A stretch of 64,000 bases of DNA. It comes from Thainema sp. Its GTDB lineage: Bacteria; Cyanobacteriota; Cyanobacteriia; Phormidesmidales; Phormidesmidaceae. This document shows, one piece after another, positions 1 through 10,318 of this stretch. Position 1 is the stretch's first letter. Each line of letters starts with the position of its first letter. The stretch covers positions 265,456 through 329,455 of the forward strand of contig JBQLZK010000002.1 in assembly GCA_052168235.1 (NCBI GenBank), given 5' to 3'. The notes below the pieces were generated by a model, which saw nothing but the letters and a program-made list of their open reading frames with translations, was not told where the DNA came from and made no database searches. The position numbers and the translations under genes were made by a program.

Positions 1-1358
1 CTATGAGTAACTGGTTTTGAGAAAGAAGTATATAATACGTTTCCCTCACTATTAGGAACCATAGAGGCTCTAACATAGCGATTTGTATATCTCTCTAAAA
101 CAGACTGGACAAGTGATTCGTCTAGATTTGTTTCTGATGCTATCCCTTTTACAGTTCTAAAATCCCAATCCGGATTATTTACCGCGGCCAAAATTTTACT
201 CTCCACAGCGGTTATATTCTCTACAATCTTACCTTGCCACTCAAATATCGGGAATTTTGCATCAGAGGCTCGCTTGATACCAACAATGTATGCAGCTAAT
301 AAATACGAAATATTTTCGAGAAATTCAAGATCATTTTCTGTGAACTTATGAATATAGCCTGTAAATAAAGATATAGTTCCTACCGATTCACCTTGGATAG
401 CTAAAGGAAAGCATATAAAAGACTTTAACTTTTGTGCATGTATCCAATCTAGACTATGAAAACGCTTAATCTCTTTATCTATATCATTAATAATGATTGG
501 TTCTTTTTTCTGATACGCCTCTCCAACCAAGTAGCCCTCTATCGACCTTGGCTCAAGACCTTTTCCATTAAAAGATATATCCGAAGTGCATGAACGCTCA
601 ATGACAAAAAGTTTGTCCCCATGCCCCTCTCTTAAAATGCAGGCTTTATAGGGTGTTAGTGAACCAACAAATTGATCGGTTATCGATTTATATACTTCGC
701 TCTGAGGAAATTTTCTATTATCAGGATCAGCTAATTTGCGGCTTATATTTGCGTATATTCTGCTTTCTTGCTTTTTTCGAATTCGAGAAATTGCTGCTGA
801 GACGTGTGCTCCTAAGACTGTTAACCAGCAGACTTCAGATTCTCTATAAATTCCGTTGTTGTTGACGCTGGTACTGTTATAGCTGTATCTCTTGTTCAAA
901 GTTTCTAAGGTTCCAAAAGTTCTATGAGTACCGTTTAGTGGAACTGAAACACCGCTTTTAAGAACTCCTAATTTTTCTAAATATGCAGAGCCGTATAAAA
1001 AATTTTCAATTTCATCTTCGAAGTTATTGATGTAATAAGTCTCTCCATAAGGAGAGCTAGAGTTAGAACTCCTTGGACGAGCAGCTTTACCCGAAAAGCT
1101 TTCTCCTGGCTTATATTCTTCACCCGAAAGCCAGTCGTTATCTATAACTTGACCCTCAAAATCATAACCTTTTATTCGAATTCGCTTAAGAGTGTCATCT
1201 TTGGAGAACAAGAAAATAGAAATAACCTGAGGGTATAAATCTTTTTCTATTTTTTCGAATGTTATATCAATAACTTCTTCTAAGGAATCACATCTCAGGA
1301 GCCTATTCCCAAATTCTCGAAGCTCATAAACTTCTTCTAACCTTATTTCAGCGTGCAT
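1..1358 (-). CDS. Tandem GAF-domain protein with possible C-terminal winged-helix-like region (3' end runs off the window)
   Basis: Manual translation from ATG at 1358 (MHAEIRLEEVYELREFGNRLL...) stays open to the window edge. It has two GAF-like ends (SGVSVPLNGTHRTFGTLETLNK; SFICFPLAIQGESVGTISLF...FTENDLEFLENISYLLA), then WDFRTVKGIASETNLDESLVQSVLERY. AT-rich, and absent from the ORF track. Confidence 0.7.
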   Translation of the reverse strand, partial: MHAEIRLEEVYELREFGNRLLRCDSLEEVIDITFEKIEKDLYPQVISIFLFSKDDTLKRIRIKGYDFEGQVIDNDWLSGEEYKPGESFSGKAARPRSSNSSSPYGETYYINNFEDEIENFLYGSAYLEKLGVLKSGVSVPLNGTHRTFGTLETLNKRYSYNSTSVNNNGIYRESEVCWLTVLGAHVSAAISRIRKKQESRIYANISRKLADPDNRKFPQSEVYKSITDQFVGSLTPYKACILREGHGDKLFVIERSCTSDISFNGKGLEPRSIEGYLVGEAYQKKEPIIINDIDKEIKRFHSLDWIHAQKLKSFICFPLAIQGESVGTISLFTGYIHKFTENDLEFLENISYLLAAYIVGIKRASDAKFPIFEWQGKIVENITAVESKILAAVNNPDWDFRTVKGIASETNLDESLVQSVLERYTNRYVRASMVPNSEGNVLYTSFSKPVTH

Positions 1359-1780
1359 AGTTCAAGTTGCTTTATTGCCTAAAGTTTTCTATTACTCTCG
1401 ATCAAGCCGCTACTTATGCTTGCCCTTACATGCTGCTCAATTATTTAGAACCAAAATACAACTATAGCATTGAGCAAATATTTGAATTTTGGCTTCGTTC
1501 GCATTAAATCATATGGAGGCTTTTGTTTTAAATTTTGTTTTGAATTCTTCATGTTTTCTTCTATGCAAAGATTATTGATTGTAGTTGAAAAGGTGTTTGT
1601 CACTTCGAAGGCTTTTGCTCCCACAGGTTAAGATGAAATTTTGCTTTGCCCAAATATTTAGGTTTAGATTACCAATGATCGCATAAAAAGTTTAAGCCCC
1701 TCTGGGAAGATCAGAGAGGCTTAGTCGGTGCATTCGAAGTTGTTTTGAAATGCGTGGGTGAAAGGTTGTAAACGAGAGAG

Positions 1781-2374
1781 TTAAGCGCCTGCGGGAGCAG
1801 TAGGAGCGTCGAGTTGGGCCAGAGCATAACGTGCGATCGCAAGGCTGAGTTGAGCCTTTTCCACGCCAGAGAGTTCTGTCCAAGCCGCGAACCGAACGGA
1901 GCGCAGCGCCACTTCCATCTTGGCTTCAGACTCTTGACTCCGCATGGCAAATGCCATCGGACGAGCCATAATCTGTAGGTCATCCAGATCCCACTGAGGC
2001 AGAATTGACTGTACGCAATGCGCCAGTTGTTCTTCCAGTGGACGAGCCGATTCAACCAGATCGTGAACCCGCTGGGCAATAGTTTGCAGAAGCGTCTGCG
2101 GCATCCGCTCAGCAAATTGTTTTTGGAGCGCTTCTTCCAGCCATGATGCCTCGATTTTGGCTGAGAGAGCATGCCACTGCTGAGACAATTCTGTTGCAGA
2201 TAATTCTTCGCAGAGATAATCTAACTCTGCATCTAAATCTGCAAAATAATTATCAGCTTCTGGTGCATTCGGCAACCAAGGATAAGAGCGATCGGCTGTA
2301 AATAGACGTTCAATTAGCGCCTTTTCAGCTTCAGTTTGGACGTTGTTGGAATCAGAGGTGTAGTTGTAAGTCAT
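1781..2374 (-). CDS. Cyanobacterial hypothetical protein (possibly PatU-like)
   Basis: 197-aa ORF with an AGGAG RBS. Motifs YPWxP, CVQSILPQWDLDDLQIMARPMAFAMRS and LSLAIARYAL. Confidence 0.75.
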   Translation of the reverse strand: MTYNYTSDSNNVQTEAEKALIERLFTADRSYPWLPNAPEADNYFADLDAELDYLCEELSATELSQQWHALSAKIEASWLEEALQKQFAERMPQTLLQTIAQRVHDLVESARPLEEQLAHCVQSILPQWDLDDLQIMARPMAFAMRSQESEAKMEVALRSVRFAAWTELSGVEKAQLSLAIARYALAQLDAPTAPAGA

Positions 2375-2686
2375 GTTGCTTCTCCTGAATGCACCGACTA
2401 GATCTAACTGTTAATTAATGACCAAGTGACAAAAATAAAAAGAGCGAGATCTGATCAGAAACCCAATACGTATTTGTTAGTGAAAGGTTCCGGTTGGAAC
2501 TTAACCGTGTGTTGTATGTCTGTAACTACATCTAGGTTAAGCAGCGTTCCGTAAATAATCAGCTAAGAAACCCCGATTTTTGTTTATGGCCTAATTTGAG
2601 CCATAGCATAGCGTGTCCGAGCCAGTTGGTAAATCGTCTACTCAGACGAGTCTATGTTGATCCTGAAGAGGATATTGTTCCCAACC

Positions 2687-4339
2687 TTACTCTTCCTCAA
2701 CGACGAATTCCCAGACTTTGCCTTGGGAACTACCGAATTTGAGCTGAGAGCCGGAGGGCAACACCACTTCCTGCCGATGGATACGCTGCCATCCTTTGGC
2801 GCTACGGATATAGGTACCGTAGTTGGAAAAGTCGCGGATGAAGTAGGTGGCCTGACCCTGCGCATTGGTGTTGTTATGGCGGTAAAAGATTTCAGCATGC
2901 TGGCGTGACACCCACTGCTCATCGTCAATCACCAGATCGTTTTCCGGACGCCGCCCGATTTGCATTTGGCCACCGTGAACCGTCCAGACTTTATTGCGAT
3001 TACCCACCAAGCGCACCCAGGCGCGGCTTGGGCGATGGTTAATCGAGGTCGGCGAATCGATCGGAATACGGGTGGGCTCGTCCGCTCGTGTAGCTGGCAC
3101 AACGAGCTGCCCATCAAATTCTGGATGCATGTAAAGAACGGGCAGCGTCCAGGCAGGGTGATTAAAGCGGTATAAGGTTAACAAATGCTGACGGGCAATC
3201 GCCATTGCCTGATCGACGGTGTGTCGTTTGGCCAGCGATTGGGCAAACACCTGAATAAAGCTGAGTGCTTCTTGATCTGCGATCGCATCTCGCATGCCAA
3301 CAACCGCTGGCACGCCCTGATGGATTAGCACCTCGGCCAAGCTACTGCGCGGAATAGCCTGCTGATTCTCATGACTGCGATCGGGAATCGCTCCCCAGCA
3401 GGCGTTAAACACTGCCAGCTTTACCTGACAGCGGGTGAGTACCTGCGCCAGTTCTGTGCCGTTCAGCGTGGAATTAGCCTGGAGAAACAGCAAGCCGCCA
3501 TCCGCAGCGGGCATGCCGTGTCCAGCGTAGAAAAAGATGTTGTATCGGCCCCGCTCCAGGTATTCCGTTAGCTTAGCCGCTGAGGGTTCAACCAGCGTAT
3601 CGACCTGGCAGGGCACGGCATTGGTGAAGAACGACTCGCCGGGAATTTGGGTGTGATGTTCCAGCAGTTGCTTCAGCATGGAAGCCTCTTGATCCAGGCT
3701 GAGCACTGCCGACTGCTGCGCCGTTACGTCTTGATCATGCCCTAGCACGAGCAGAATCCGCAGTTCTCGGTCAAGCGGACGCGTTTGCAGCGGATCAACG
3801 GCACTGGTCAAGCGGCTAAACAGGGTGTTCTGGCTGAGAGAAACGGCTTGCACACCCGCTTGCGCCTGCATAATCTCCCAGGGCAGAGCGGTCAAATGCG
3901 GATCGCGAATATCCAGCCGCAGCCGCATGGGCATTGACTGGCCAAAAGCAATACCCTGGCTCTTGGCTAAACTATTTTGAATTTCGCCGCTGAAAATCCA
4001 CTTCCACAGATGAATGCCCAGATTTTGCATCAGCCGCCCTGTGTAGTTGAGCTGCGGCCCTTCTGCGGCCTCGCTATTGGGCGTTGTTGCCATCACCACC
4101 TGCGGCACAAAGGAGGATGGAATGTGAGGCACCTTGGGCAACTCACGGGTCGTGAAGATTTCTTGCCATGCTTGTACGGCCTGCATGAGCTCATCGGTCA
4201 GGGTGCAGTCGCGCAGCGCATAGCAGTCGCTAAAAGGTGCTTGAGTGACCCAAATGGCGTAGCGATTTGGCTCACCATCGGTTTGGTGGGAGAGGCAGTC
4301 AATGGCTAATTCCAACGTAGGAAAGTCAGTTGGAGACAT
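2687..4339 (-). CDS. CHAT (caspase/HetF-like) peptidase with C-terminal FHA domain
   Basis: CHAT motifs LPWE, FFYAGHG (His) and VFNACWGA (Cys). FHA motifs IGRRPENDLVI, VSRQHAEI and DFSNYGT. Confidence 0.9.
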   Translation of the reverse strand: MSPTDFPTLELAIDCLSHQTDGEPNRYAIWVTQAPFSDCYALRDCTLTDELMQAVQAWQEIFTTRELPKVPHIPSSFVPQVVMATTPNSEAAEGPQLNYTGRLMQNLGIHLWKWIFSGEIQNSLAKSQGIAFGQSMPMRLRLDIRDPHLTALPWEIMQAQAGVQAVSLSQNTLFSRLTSAVDPLQTRPLDRELRILLVLGHDQDVTAQQSAVLSLDQEASMLKQLLEHHTQIPGESFFTNAVPCQVDTLVEPSAAKLTEYLERGRYNIFFYAGHGMPAADGGLLFLQANSTLNGTELAQVLTRCQVKLAVFNACWGAIPDRSHENQQAIPRSSLAEVLIHQGVPAVVGMRDAIADQEALSFIQVFAQSLAKRHTVDQAMAIARQHLLTLYRFNHPAWTLPVLYMHPEFDGQLVVPATRADEPTRIPIDSPTSINHRPSRAWVRLVGNRNKVWTVHGGQMQIGRRPENDLVIDDEQWVSRQHAEIFYRHNNTNAQGQATYFIRDFSNYGTYIRSAKGWQRIHRQEVVLPSGSQLKFGSSQGKVWEFVVEEE

Positions 4340-4527
4340 TTGGGCGAATAGCTAATATGAGAATACTGGGCTGATGAGATGGTAGATGATAGTGCTCTAT
4401 GACAATGCTTTATCAGTGTATCGGGTTCAGTTGTGGGTTGAACGCGCGATCGCAGAATTACACTGCTCAGATTGCCCAAATTCCCAAATTTATCTACATC
4501 TATGCTGTGTGTCAAACAGGAGTTGAA

Positions 4528-5253
4528 TCACGCTTCAGACACAGTCGCAACTTGGCCAATATCCTCCGGATGTAAATCTGCATGAACCACTTGCCCGTCG
4601 CGGAACCAGACAATGCGCTGGGTAAGCCGTGCCACTTCTGGTTCGTGGGTCACCATCACCACCGTCATGCCGCTGTGGTTGAGTTCGGCAAAGATATCCA
4701 TCACTTCCTGGGTGGTCTGGGTATCCAGCGCACCCGTCGGTTCATCGGCCAATAAGAGAACGGGGCGGTTGACAATGGCACGTGCGATCGCAACTCGCTG
4801 CTGCTGTCCACCGGAAAGCTGGCTCGGTTTGTTATCGAGGCGATTGCCGAGGCCAACTCGGGTGAGCGCTTCAGCGGCGCGTTCTTGCCGTTCGGAGCGA
4901 GGCACCCCGGCATAAACCATTGGCAGCATCACGTTTTCGATGGCCGTGAGCTGGGGCAGCAGGTGAAACTGCTGGAAGACGAAGCCAATTTTTTGATTGC
5001 GAATATGCGCCAGTTCCTGGTCGTCCAACTGCGCCACGTCAACGCCGTCCAGGAAGTAGCGTCCCGCACTGGGTCGATCCAGGCAACCGATTACGTTCAT
5101 GGCCGTGGACTTACCGGAACCGGACGGCCCCATGATTGAGCAGTATTCGCCCGCCGAAACCACTAAGTTGACGTGGAAGAGGGCGCGCACTTCGGTGTTG
5201 CCAGAGCCGTAGATCTTTGAGATATCTTCGAGAGAGATGATGGTTTGAGGCAT
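4528..5253 (-). CDS. ABC transporter ATP-binding protein (MacB/LolD-like)
   Basis: Walker A GPSGSGKS, signature [27 protein letters not shown]. Confidence 0.95.
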   Translation of the reverse strand: MPQTIISLEDISKIYGSGNTEVRALFHVNLVVSAGEYCSIMGPSGSGKSTAMNVIGCLDRPSAGRYFLDGVDVAQLDDQELAHIRNQKIGFVFQQFHLLPQLTAIENVMLPMVYAGVPRSERQERAAEALTRVGLGNRLDNKPSQLSGGQQQRVAIARAIVNRPVLLLADEPTGALDTQTTQEVMDIFAELNHSGMTVVMVTHEPEVARLTQRIVWFRDGQVVHADLHPEDIGQVATVSEA

Positions 5254-5259
5254 GGGAAC

Positions 5260-5586
5260 GTGAAACGCTATATTTTGCAGGTGGTGTTGCTGTTGGCAAC
5301 GATTATTCCAGGCACGGTCGGTGTGGTTATCTTTGGCTACTATGCCCTGGTGGATTGGGATGCGTTGCAGGCAGCTTATGTCAACTTCAGAGCTGCGGTG
5401 CAGAGTTCCTCACCGTTTGAGACGATTTTTGCAGCCGAGGCTCAGCAAAATATTCATCGCATTAATCTATTTGCCGATGGCGTATGGACGCTGCTGAGTG
5501 CCATTCTAGCCGCCATTGGCTGGCTGGGGCTTTACCTGGGTAGTTTCGTTGCGGTGCGAAAACGCGATCGCAGATCAATCCATTAA
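5260..5586 (+). CDS. Small membrane protein with two hydrophobic segments, hypothetical
   Basis: GTG start at 5260 chosen to avoid overlap with the divergent ABC gene. Two hydrophobic segments flank EAQQNIHRINLFADGVW. Confidence 0.65.
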   Translation: MKRYILQVVLLLATIIPGTVGVVIFGYYALVDWDALQAAYVNFRAAVQSSSPFETIFAAEAQQNIHRINLFADGVWTLLSAILAAIGWLGLYLGSFVAVRKRDRRSIH

Positions 5587-5604
5587 TCGATGGGTGCGAG
5601 ATCT

Positions 5605-5671
5605 GTAGGGGCGGGTTTAGCCGTCAAGTGATGGGTCTCAATCGAAATGGATCAACAAAACCCGCCCTTAC
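5605..5671. repeat. REP-like element (GTAG-headed inverted repeat), copy 1
   Basis: GTAGGGGCGGGTTT...AAACCCGCCCTTAC, 67 bp. A related 67-bp copy is at 12716-12782. Confidence 0.75.
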
Positions 5672-5722
5672 GGGGTGTGAATCACAGAATCGGGATGTGA
5701 ATCACGGGATATCGACCACCAA

Positions 5723-6943
5723 TTATGCACTTCTCAGCGCCACAATCGGGTCGAGCTTAGCGGCCTGTTGCGCTGGGACAACACCAAAGAAGAGGCCGAT
5801 GCCGCCAGAGACAACAACCGCAACCACGATCGCATTGGTGGAAACTCCGGGATTGAACGGTGTCGCCACGCCAATTGCCAAACTGCCGCCCACGCCGATG
5901 AAGGTACCCATCAGGCCACCCACGGCAGAGAGAATCACTGCCTCGATCAGAAACTGCACCAAAATATCCTGGCTGGATGCCCCAATTGCTTTGCGGAGGC
6001 CAATTTCCTGAGTCCGTTCCCGCACGGAAACTAGCATAATGTTCATGATGCCGATGCCGCCGACCAGCAGCGAGATACCTGCGATCGCAGCTAGCATAGC
6101 GGTCAATGCACCCGTAATCGTCCCCGTAAACTCCAGGAGGTCTTTCTGGCTGCGGACAGAAAAATCATCTTCATCGGTGATGTTGTGGCGCAGGCGCAGC
6201 AGGTTCGTAATCTGAAATTCAGCAGCGCCCATCTTGCTTTCTTCGGCGACGGAAACGGCCAGATAGGTCAGCTCAACACCATAGGGCGACGTGCGGCCCA
6301 CAATCCGCTCCGAGAGCGTGGTCAGCGGCACCAACACGGTATCGTCATAGTTGACGCCGCCCAGAGATGAGCCTTTTTCTTCTAGAACGCCGATTACTTC
6401 AAAGCTGACGTTTTTCACGCGAATTCGCTGGCCAACAGCTTCCTGTTCCTGGAATAGGCGTTCTGCGAGGGAGGAACCCAGAACGGCAACGGGCGCACTG
6501 CGGCGCATATCGTCTTCGGTGATAAACTGGCCTCGCTCAACGACAGTGTTGCGGACGACCGGAAAGCCAGGGGTGGTGCCGACAATCGTTTCGGTGGCGC
6601 TGCGGTTACGGTAGGTGATTAGCCCCCGGTCGTTATACTCGGGCGCAACGCCGCGTATGGAAGCGACCTGGTCTTTAATTGCGATCGCATCTGCTAGCAC
6701 CAGGGTTTTCGGCACGTTGAACGTGGCCCGCTGGGTTTCCTGATTACCGGGCACGACAAAGAGTACATTCGGGCCAAGGCTTTCAATTTCCTGTGCAACG
6801 AAATCCTGCGCCCCTTTACCAATGCCGACCATCGCAATCACGGATGCGTTGCCGATGATGATACCCAGCATGGTCAGGGTGCTGCGGAGCTTATTGGCGG
6901 TGAGGGTCTTAACCGCCATGTTGAGACTTTCGCGGAGATCCAT
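5723..6943 (-). CDS. MacB-family ABC permease
   Basis: NKLRSTLTMLGIIIG, GGIGIMNIMLVSVRERTQEIGLRKAIGA, AAKLDPIVALR. Start placed at MDLRES (6943). Confidence 0.93.
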   Translation of the reverse strand: MDLRESLNMAVKTLTANKLRSTLTMLGIIIGNASVIAMVGIGKGAQDFVAQEIESLGPNVLFVVPGNQETQRATFNVPKTLVLADAIAIKDQVASIRGVAPEYNDRGLITYRNRSATETIVGTTPGFPVVRNTVVERGQFITEDDMRRSAPVAVLGSSLAERLFQEQEAVGQRIRVKNVSFEVIGVLEEKGSSLGGVNYDDTVLVPLTTLSERIVGRTSPYGVELTYLAVSVAEESKMGAAEFQITNLLRLRHNITDEDDFSVRSQKDLLEFTGTITGALTAMLAAIAGISLLVGGIGIMNIMLVSVRERTQEIGLRKAIGASSQDILVQFLIEAVILSAVGGLMGTFIGVGGSLAIGVATPFNPGVSTNAIVVAVVVSGGIGLFFGVVPAQQAAKLDPIVALRSA

Positions 6944-7029
6944 AGTTGGGGGAGAGTGAGTGACTTGAACAGTTGGTGAGAGATATGGGTAGAATACTGT
7001 AGCGTTAGCGTCATGCACCGCCGCCCAGC

Positions 7030-8394
7030 TTATTCCTCTGCTGCATCGTCAGCCGGACGGGTACCAAATTTAAGGTTTTCCAAATCCTGGCCGGGGGGCA
7101 AATCGATTAAAACGCGATCGCCTGCTGACACACCTTCAAGAATCTGGGTTTGCCCATCTACTGTTTGTCCGGTCACAATCGGCTGGAAGCGAATATCTGT
7201 CTCATCTTCATTTGGCACCAGTACGCCTTTCTCTCCGTCAATCGTGACGATGGCAACCGAGGGCACCAGCAGCGCTTCATCCACCGGATCGCCTAAGAAA
7301 GTCACGTCCACGTTCATGCCGGAGCGGAGCTGATCTTGGCCTGTTAGTAAGTCCACCCGCACCTGAAACAGCGTCACGGTTTGCCGCACAATCGCTTCCG
7401 GAGCCACGAGGTGAACTTCACCCGTGAACACTGCATCGGGAAAGGCATCGGCAATAATTTCTACTTTCTGCCCCGGCTGAATCTGGCCGATATCTTCTTC
7501 GGGCACTTCGGCAATAATTTCTAGGCCTTGCGCGATCGCAACTACAGCGGTCGAAGTGGCAGAACTTGCCTCCGATGCAGAGGTGGTGGGCGTTACAAAT
7601 GCCCCTTCAGTGGCGTATTTCTGAGTGATAATGCCGTCAAAGGGAGCGCGAATGTAGGAATCTTCAAGCTGTACTTCTACGGCCTGCTGGCGGGCTTGGG
7701 CCTCGGCCAGTTGAGCTTCATTACGGCGAATCGTTTCTTCCCGACTGCCGCTTTGGACTAAATTCAGCCGCTCTTGGGCATCTTGCAGCGTCGCCTGTGC
7801 CTGAGCGAGACTGGCGCGGGCGCTGTCCGCTTCGTTACGAGCCGCGTCCAGATCATCTTGTGCGATCGCACCTTCATTCACCAGATACTGACTGCGATTC
7901 AGCCGCGATTCAGCTAATTGCACACGGGATTGGGCCGATTCTACCTGCCCTTGCGCCTGACGCACCCCTGCTTCGGCCTGCGCTACTTCTTGAGGACGGC
8001 TACCGGATCGGGCTTCGTCTAACTGGGCCTGGGCTTGGGCCACAGATGCTTCCGCTTGTCGCAACTGGGCTTGAATATCCTCGCTTTCCATGCGGGCAAC
8101 CACTTGGCCTTGGCTGACGCGATCGCCCTGTTCAACGTAGAGTTCAGCCACTCGACCAGCGGTTTTGGGGCTAATATTGACACTCTGCACGGGCTGCACT
8201 GTGCCGCTGGCGGTAATTCTCAGCGTAATCGATTCCGCTTCAACAGGCACCGTGAGTTCAGTCACATCTAGCGGCTGAGCCTGATTGCGCATGATGGCAA
8301 TGGTGCCAGCAGTCGTCCCAATTAGGCCAACGGCGACGAGGCCGATTATCCAGGGAAGCGGGCGTTTAACTTTGCCAATAAGGGGGAGCTGCAT
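7030..8394 (-). CDS. Efflux periplasmic adaptor (MacA/HlyD-family membrane fusion protein)
   Basis: N-terminal TM segment, lipoyl halves (GRVAELYVEQGDRV; IRAPFDGII), coiled coil, LRSGM. Confidence 0.92.
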   Translation of the reverse strand: MQLPLIGKVKRPLPWIIGLVAVGLIGTTAGTIAIMRNQAQPLDVTELTVPVEAESITLRITASGTVQPVQSVNISPKTAGRVAELYVEQGDRVSQGQVVARMESEDIQAQLRQAEASVAQAQAQLDEARSGSRPQEVAQAEAGVRQAQGQVESAQSRVQLAESRLNRSQYLVNEGAIAQDDLDAARNEADSARASLAQAQATLQDAQERLNLVQSGSREETIRRNEAQLAEAQARQQAVEVQLEDSYIRAPFDGIITQKYATEGAFVTPTTSASEASSATSTAVVAIAQGLEIIAEVPEEDIGQIQPGQKVEIIADAFPDAVFTGEVHLVAPEAIVRQTVTLFQVRVDLLTGQDQLRSGMNVDVTFLGDPVDEALLVPSVAIVTIDGEKGVLVPNEDETDIRFQPIVTGQTVDGQTQILEGVSAGDRVLIDLPPGQDLENLKFGTRPADDAAEE

Positions 8395-8622
8395 AGTGGA
8401 GGACATAAATTGCAATGGGAAAGATGCACGATCTCGATACGTTTATACGGTAACGAGATTTCGCGGTGAAATGGAGCTGAGCAGTACAAATTCCAAACTG
8501 ACTGGTATGTTAATTATAAAATTTGCGCCCGCTGAAAATCCTGAATTGCAGGTAGGGGTTTCATCCCACTGCTAGAAAATTTGAGAGGTTAGGAGTGATG
8601 AGGAATGATGGCGCTTTGAGAC

Positions 8623-9255
8623 TTAGAAATCTAAGCCGGAGCGCACCTGTTTAACTCGCAACCAGAGGCCAATGGTAATCTGCTTAGCAATCCAGTAGGC
8701 CACCGTGATGATCACAAACGTGATAAAGATGACCAGAATGGGTCGTTTGCTGGTCAGAGTATCCAGTGTGCCCAGTAGGACAGTATCGGGACTGGTCACT
8801 AAATCCCAGCTATTGAACCGCAGAAAGCGACCCAGATAAATCCCCACAGCGACCAGCGCATGAATCAACAGTTCTGAAACGGTGACGTACTGCTTGGCTC
8901 CTTCCTTCACTAAGTAGTGGCTTTGATTCATCACCGATACGACATAGGCCTCAAAGCCCGCCAGCATGGCAAAGGCATGTAGCGGCACAAAGATAATTGT
9001 CAGCACCCACACCGAATAGCCATCGCGGATCGCGTCCATCAGGTGAATAATGTCCGTCAGCATGTAGGGCGCGTTGGGCAGAAAGGCGACAAATACGACG
9101 TAAGCAATCCACCATAACAGCGATCTCACAATTCGCTTGCGGCGAAACAGCCAAAAACTGAGTACAAAGGGAATGTAGGCCAAGAACAGATTCCAAAGAA
9201 TCCAGCCGCTGTGACGATCAAAAATTTCGAGTGAATCCTTCAGAATATAATCCAT
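8623..9255 (-). CDS. DUF1361-family membrane protein
   Basis: WNLFLAYIP, FLPNAPYMLTDIIHL and GIYLGRFLRFNSWD motifs. Confidence 0.85.
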   Translation of the reverse strand: MDYILKDSLEIFDRHSGWILWNLFLAYIPFVLSFWLFRRKRIVRSLLWWIAYVVFVAFLPNAPYMLTDIIHLMDAIRDGYSVWVLTIIFVPLHAFAMLAGFEAYVVSVMNQSHYLVKEGAKQYVTVSELLIHALVAVGIYLGRFLRFNSWDLVTSPDTVLLGTLDTLTSKRPILVIFITFVIITVAYWIAKQITIGLWLRVKQVRSGLDF

Positions 9256-9341
9256 GCTGTCCTAACCTTTTGTTAAAGTCCTCCTGATCTGTTATGGCAC
9301 ATGGATCTCGTTGACTGCGAGATTTAGTGATTGAAGAATTC

Positions 9342-9420
9342 AATAATTTTTAGAGTCAGGACTGGTAGTGCGGTGGCGTCGCACCATCAGTCCTGACTCC
9401 ACCTGACTCTAAAAATTGTT
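9342..9420. repeat. Miniature inverted-repeat element in a divergent intergenic region
   Basis: AATAATTTTTAGAGTCAGG...CCTGACTCTAAAAATTGTT termini enclose an internal hairpin (GAGTCAGGACTG...CAGTCCTGACTC). Confidence 0.6.
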
Positions 9421-9497
9421 CCCGTTTGAGAACTACACAACCTGTTTTGGGCATGTTGAAGATAGTTCAGCGATAATTCAGCGGAAGGAAAAGTACC

Positions 9498-10304
9498 ATG
9501 CTTGTGATTAGCTGTGGAATGATGCGGTCGGGATCGACGCTGCAATATCAGCTGGCGGTGGAGCTGTTGCAGCGGGCCGGACGAGGCGAAGGAATTGGTG
9601 AGGTACGCAACACGACCTGCCAGGATCTAGAGGCGCAAACCCACGGTCATGTGCATGTGGTCAAGGTTCACAAGCGACAGTTGCTGGCTGGGGTGTCAGA
9701 TGCGATCGCAGATGGCTATGCCACGGGTCTTTACATTTCGCGGGATATTCGCGATGTGGCGGTGTCGCTGATGAATATGCGCCAGATTAGCTTTGAGCGG
9801 TTAATGTTTCGCAGTGGTGAAGTGGAGCAGGCGCTGCGGGACTATGAGGCATGGACAGCACTACCTGGAATTTTGATTTCCCAGTACGAGGTGATGATGG
9901 CCGATCTCGATCAGGAAGTGCAGCGGATTGCGCGTCATCTCAATATCGACATTTCACCGGAAACGGCGGCGGAAATCGCTGACAAGTACGACCTGAAGCG
10001 GCAGCAAAAGCGGATTCAAGCCTGGAAAGCTGACCCCAACTACGACGCCAGTCAGCACGACCCCAATACGCTGCTGCATCACAATCACATTCGCTCTGGT
10101 GAAACCCAGCAGTGGCGGACGGTGCTGACGCCGATCCAGATTGCCTATTTGGAATACATGGCCGGAGACTGGTTGCGATCGCAGGGCTATGAACTCAGCC
10201 AACCCCAGTGGCGTCAACAGCTTAGCCGCGCTGTCTTCCTAAAAGAAAAGGTGCGGCGCAAGTGGAATGCTCTATCCCGTCGCTGGTCTGCTCGAACAGC
10301 TTGA
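9498..10304 (+). CDS. Sulfotransferase-domain protein
   Basis: PAPS-binding-like motifs GMMRSGST and RDIRDVAVS; YEVM..D; HIRSG...W. Confidence 0.8.
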   Translation: MLVISCGMMRSGSTLQYQLAVELLQRAGRGEGIGEVRNTTCQDLEAQTHGHVHVVKVHKRQLLAGVSDAIADGYATGLYISRDIRDVAVSLMNMRQISFERLMFRSGEVEQALRDYEAWTALPGILISQYEVMMADLDQEVQRIARHLNIDISPETAAEIADKYDLKRQQKRIQAWKADPNYDASQHDPNTLLHHNHIRSGETQQWRTVLTPIQIAYLEYMAGDWLRSQGYELSQPQWRQQLSRAVFLKEKVRRKWNALSRRWSARTA

Positions 10305-10318
10305 GGTGGCGATGGCTG

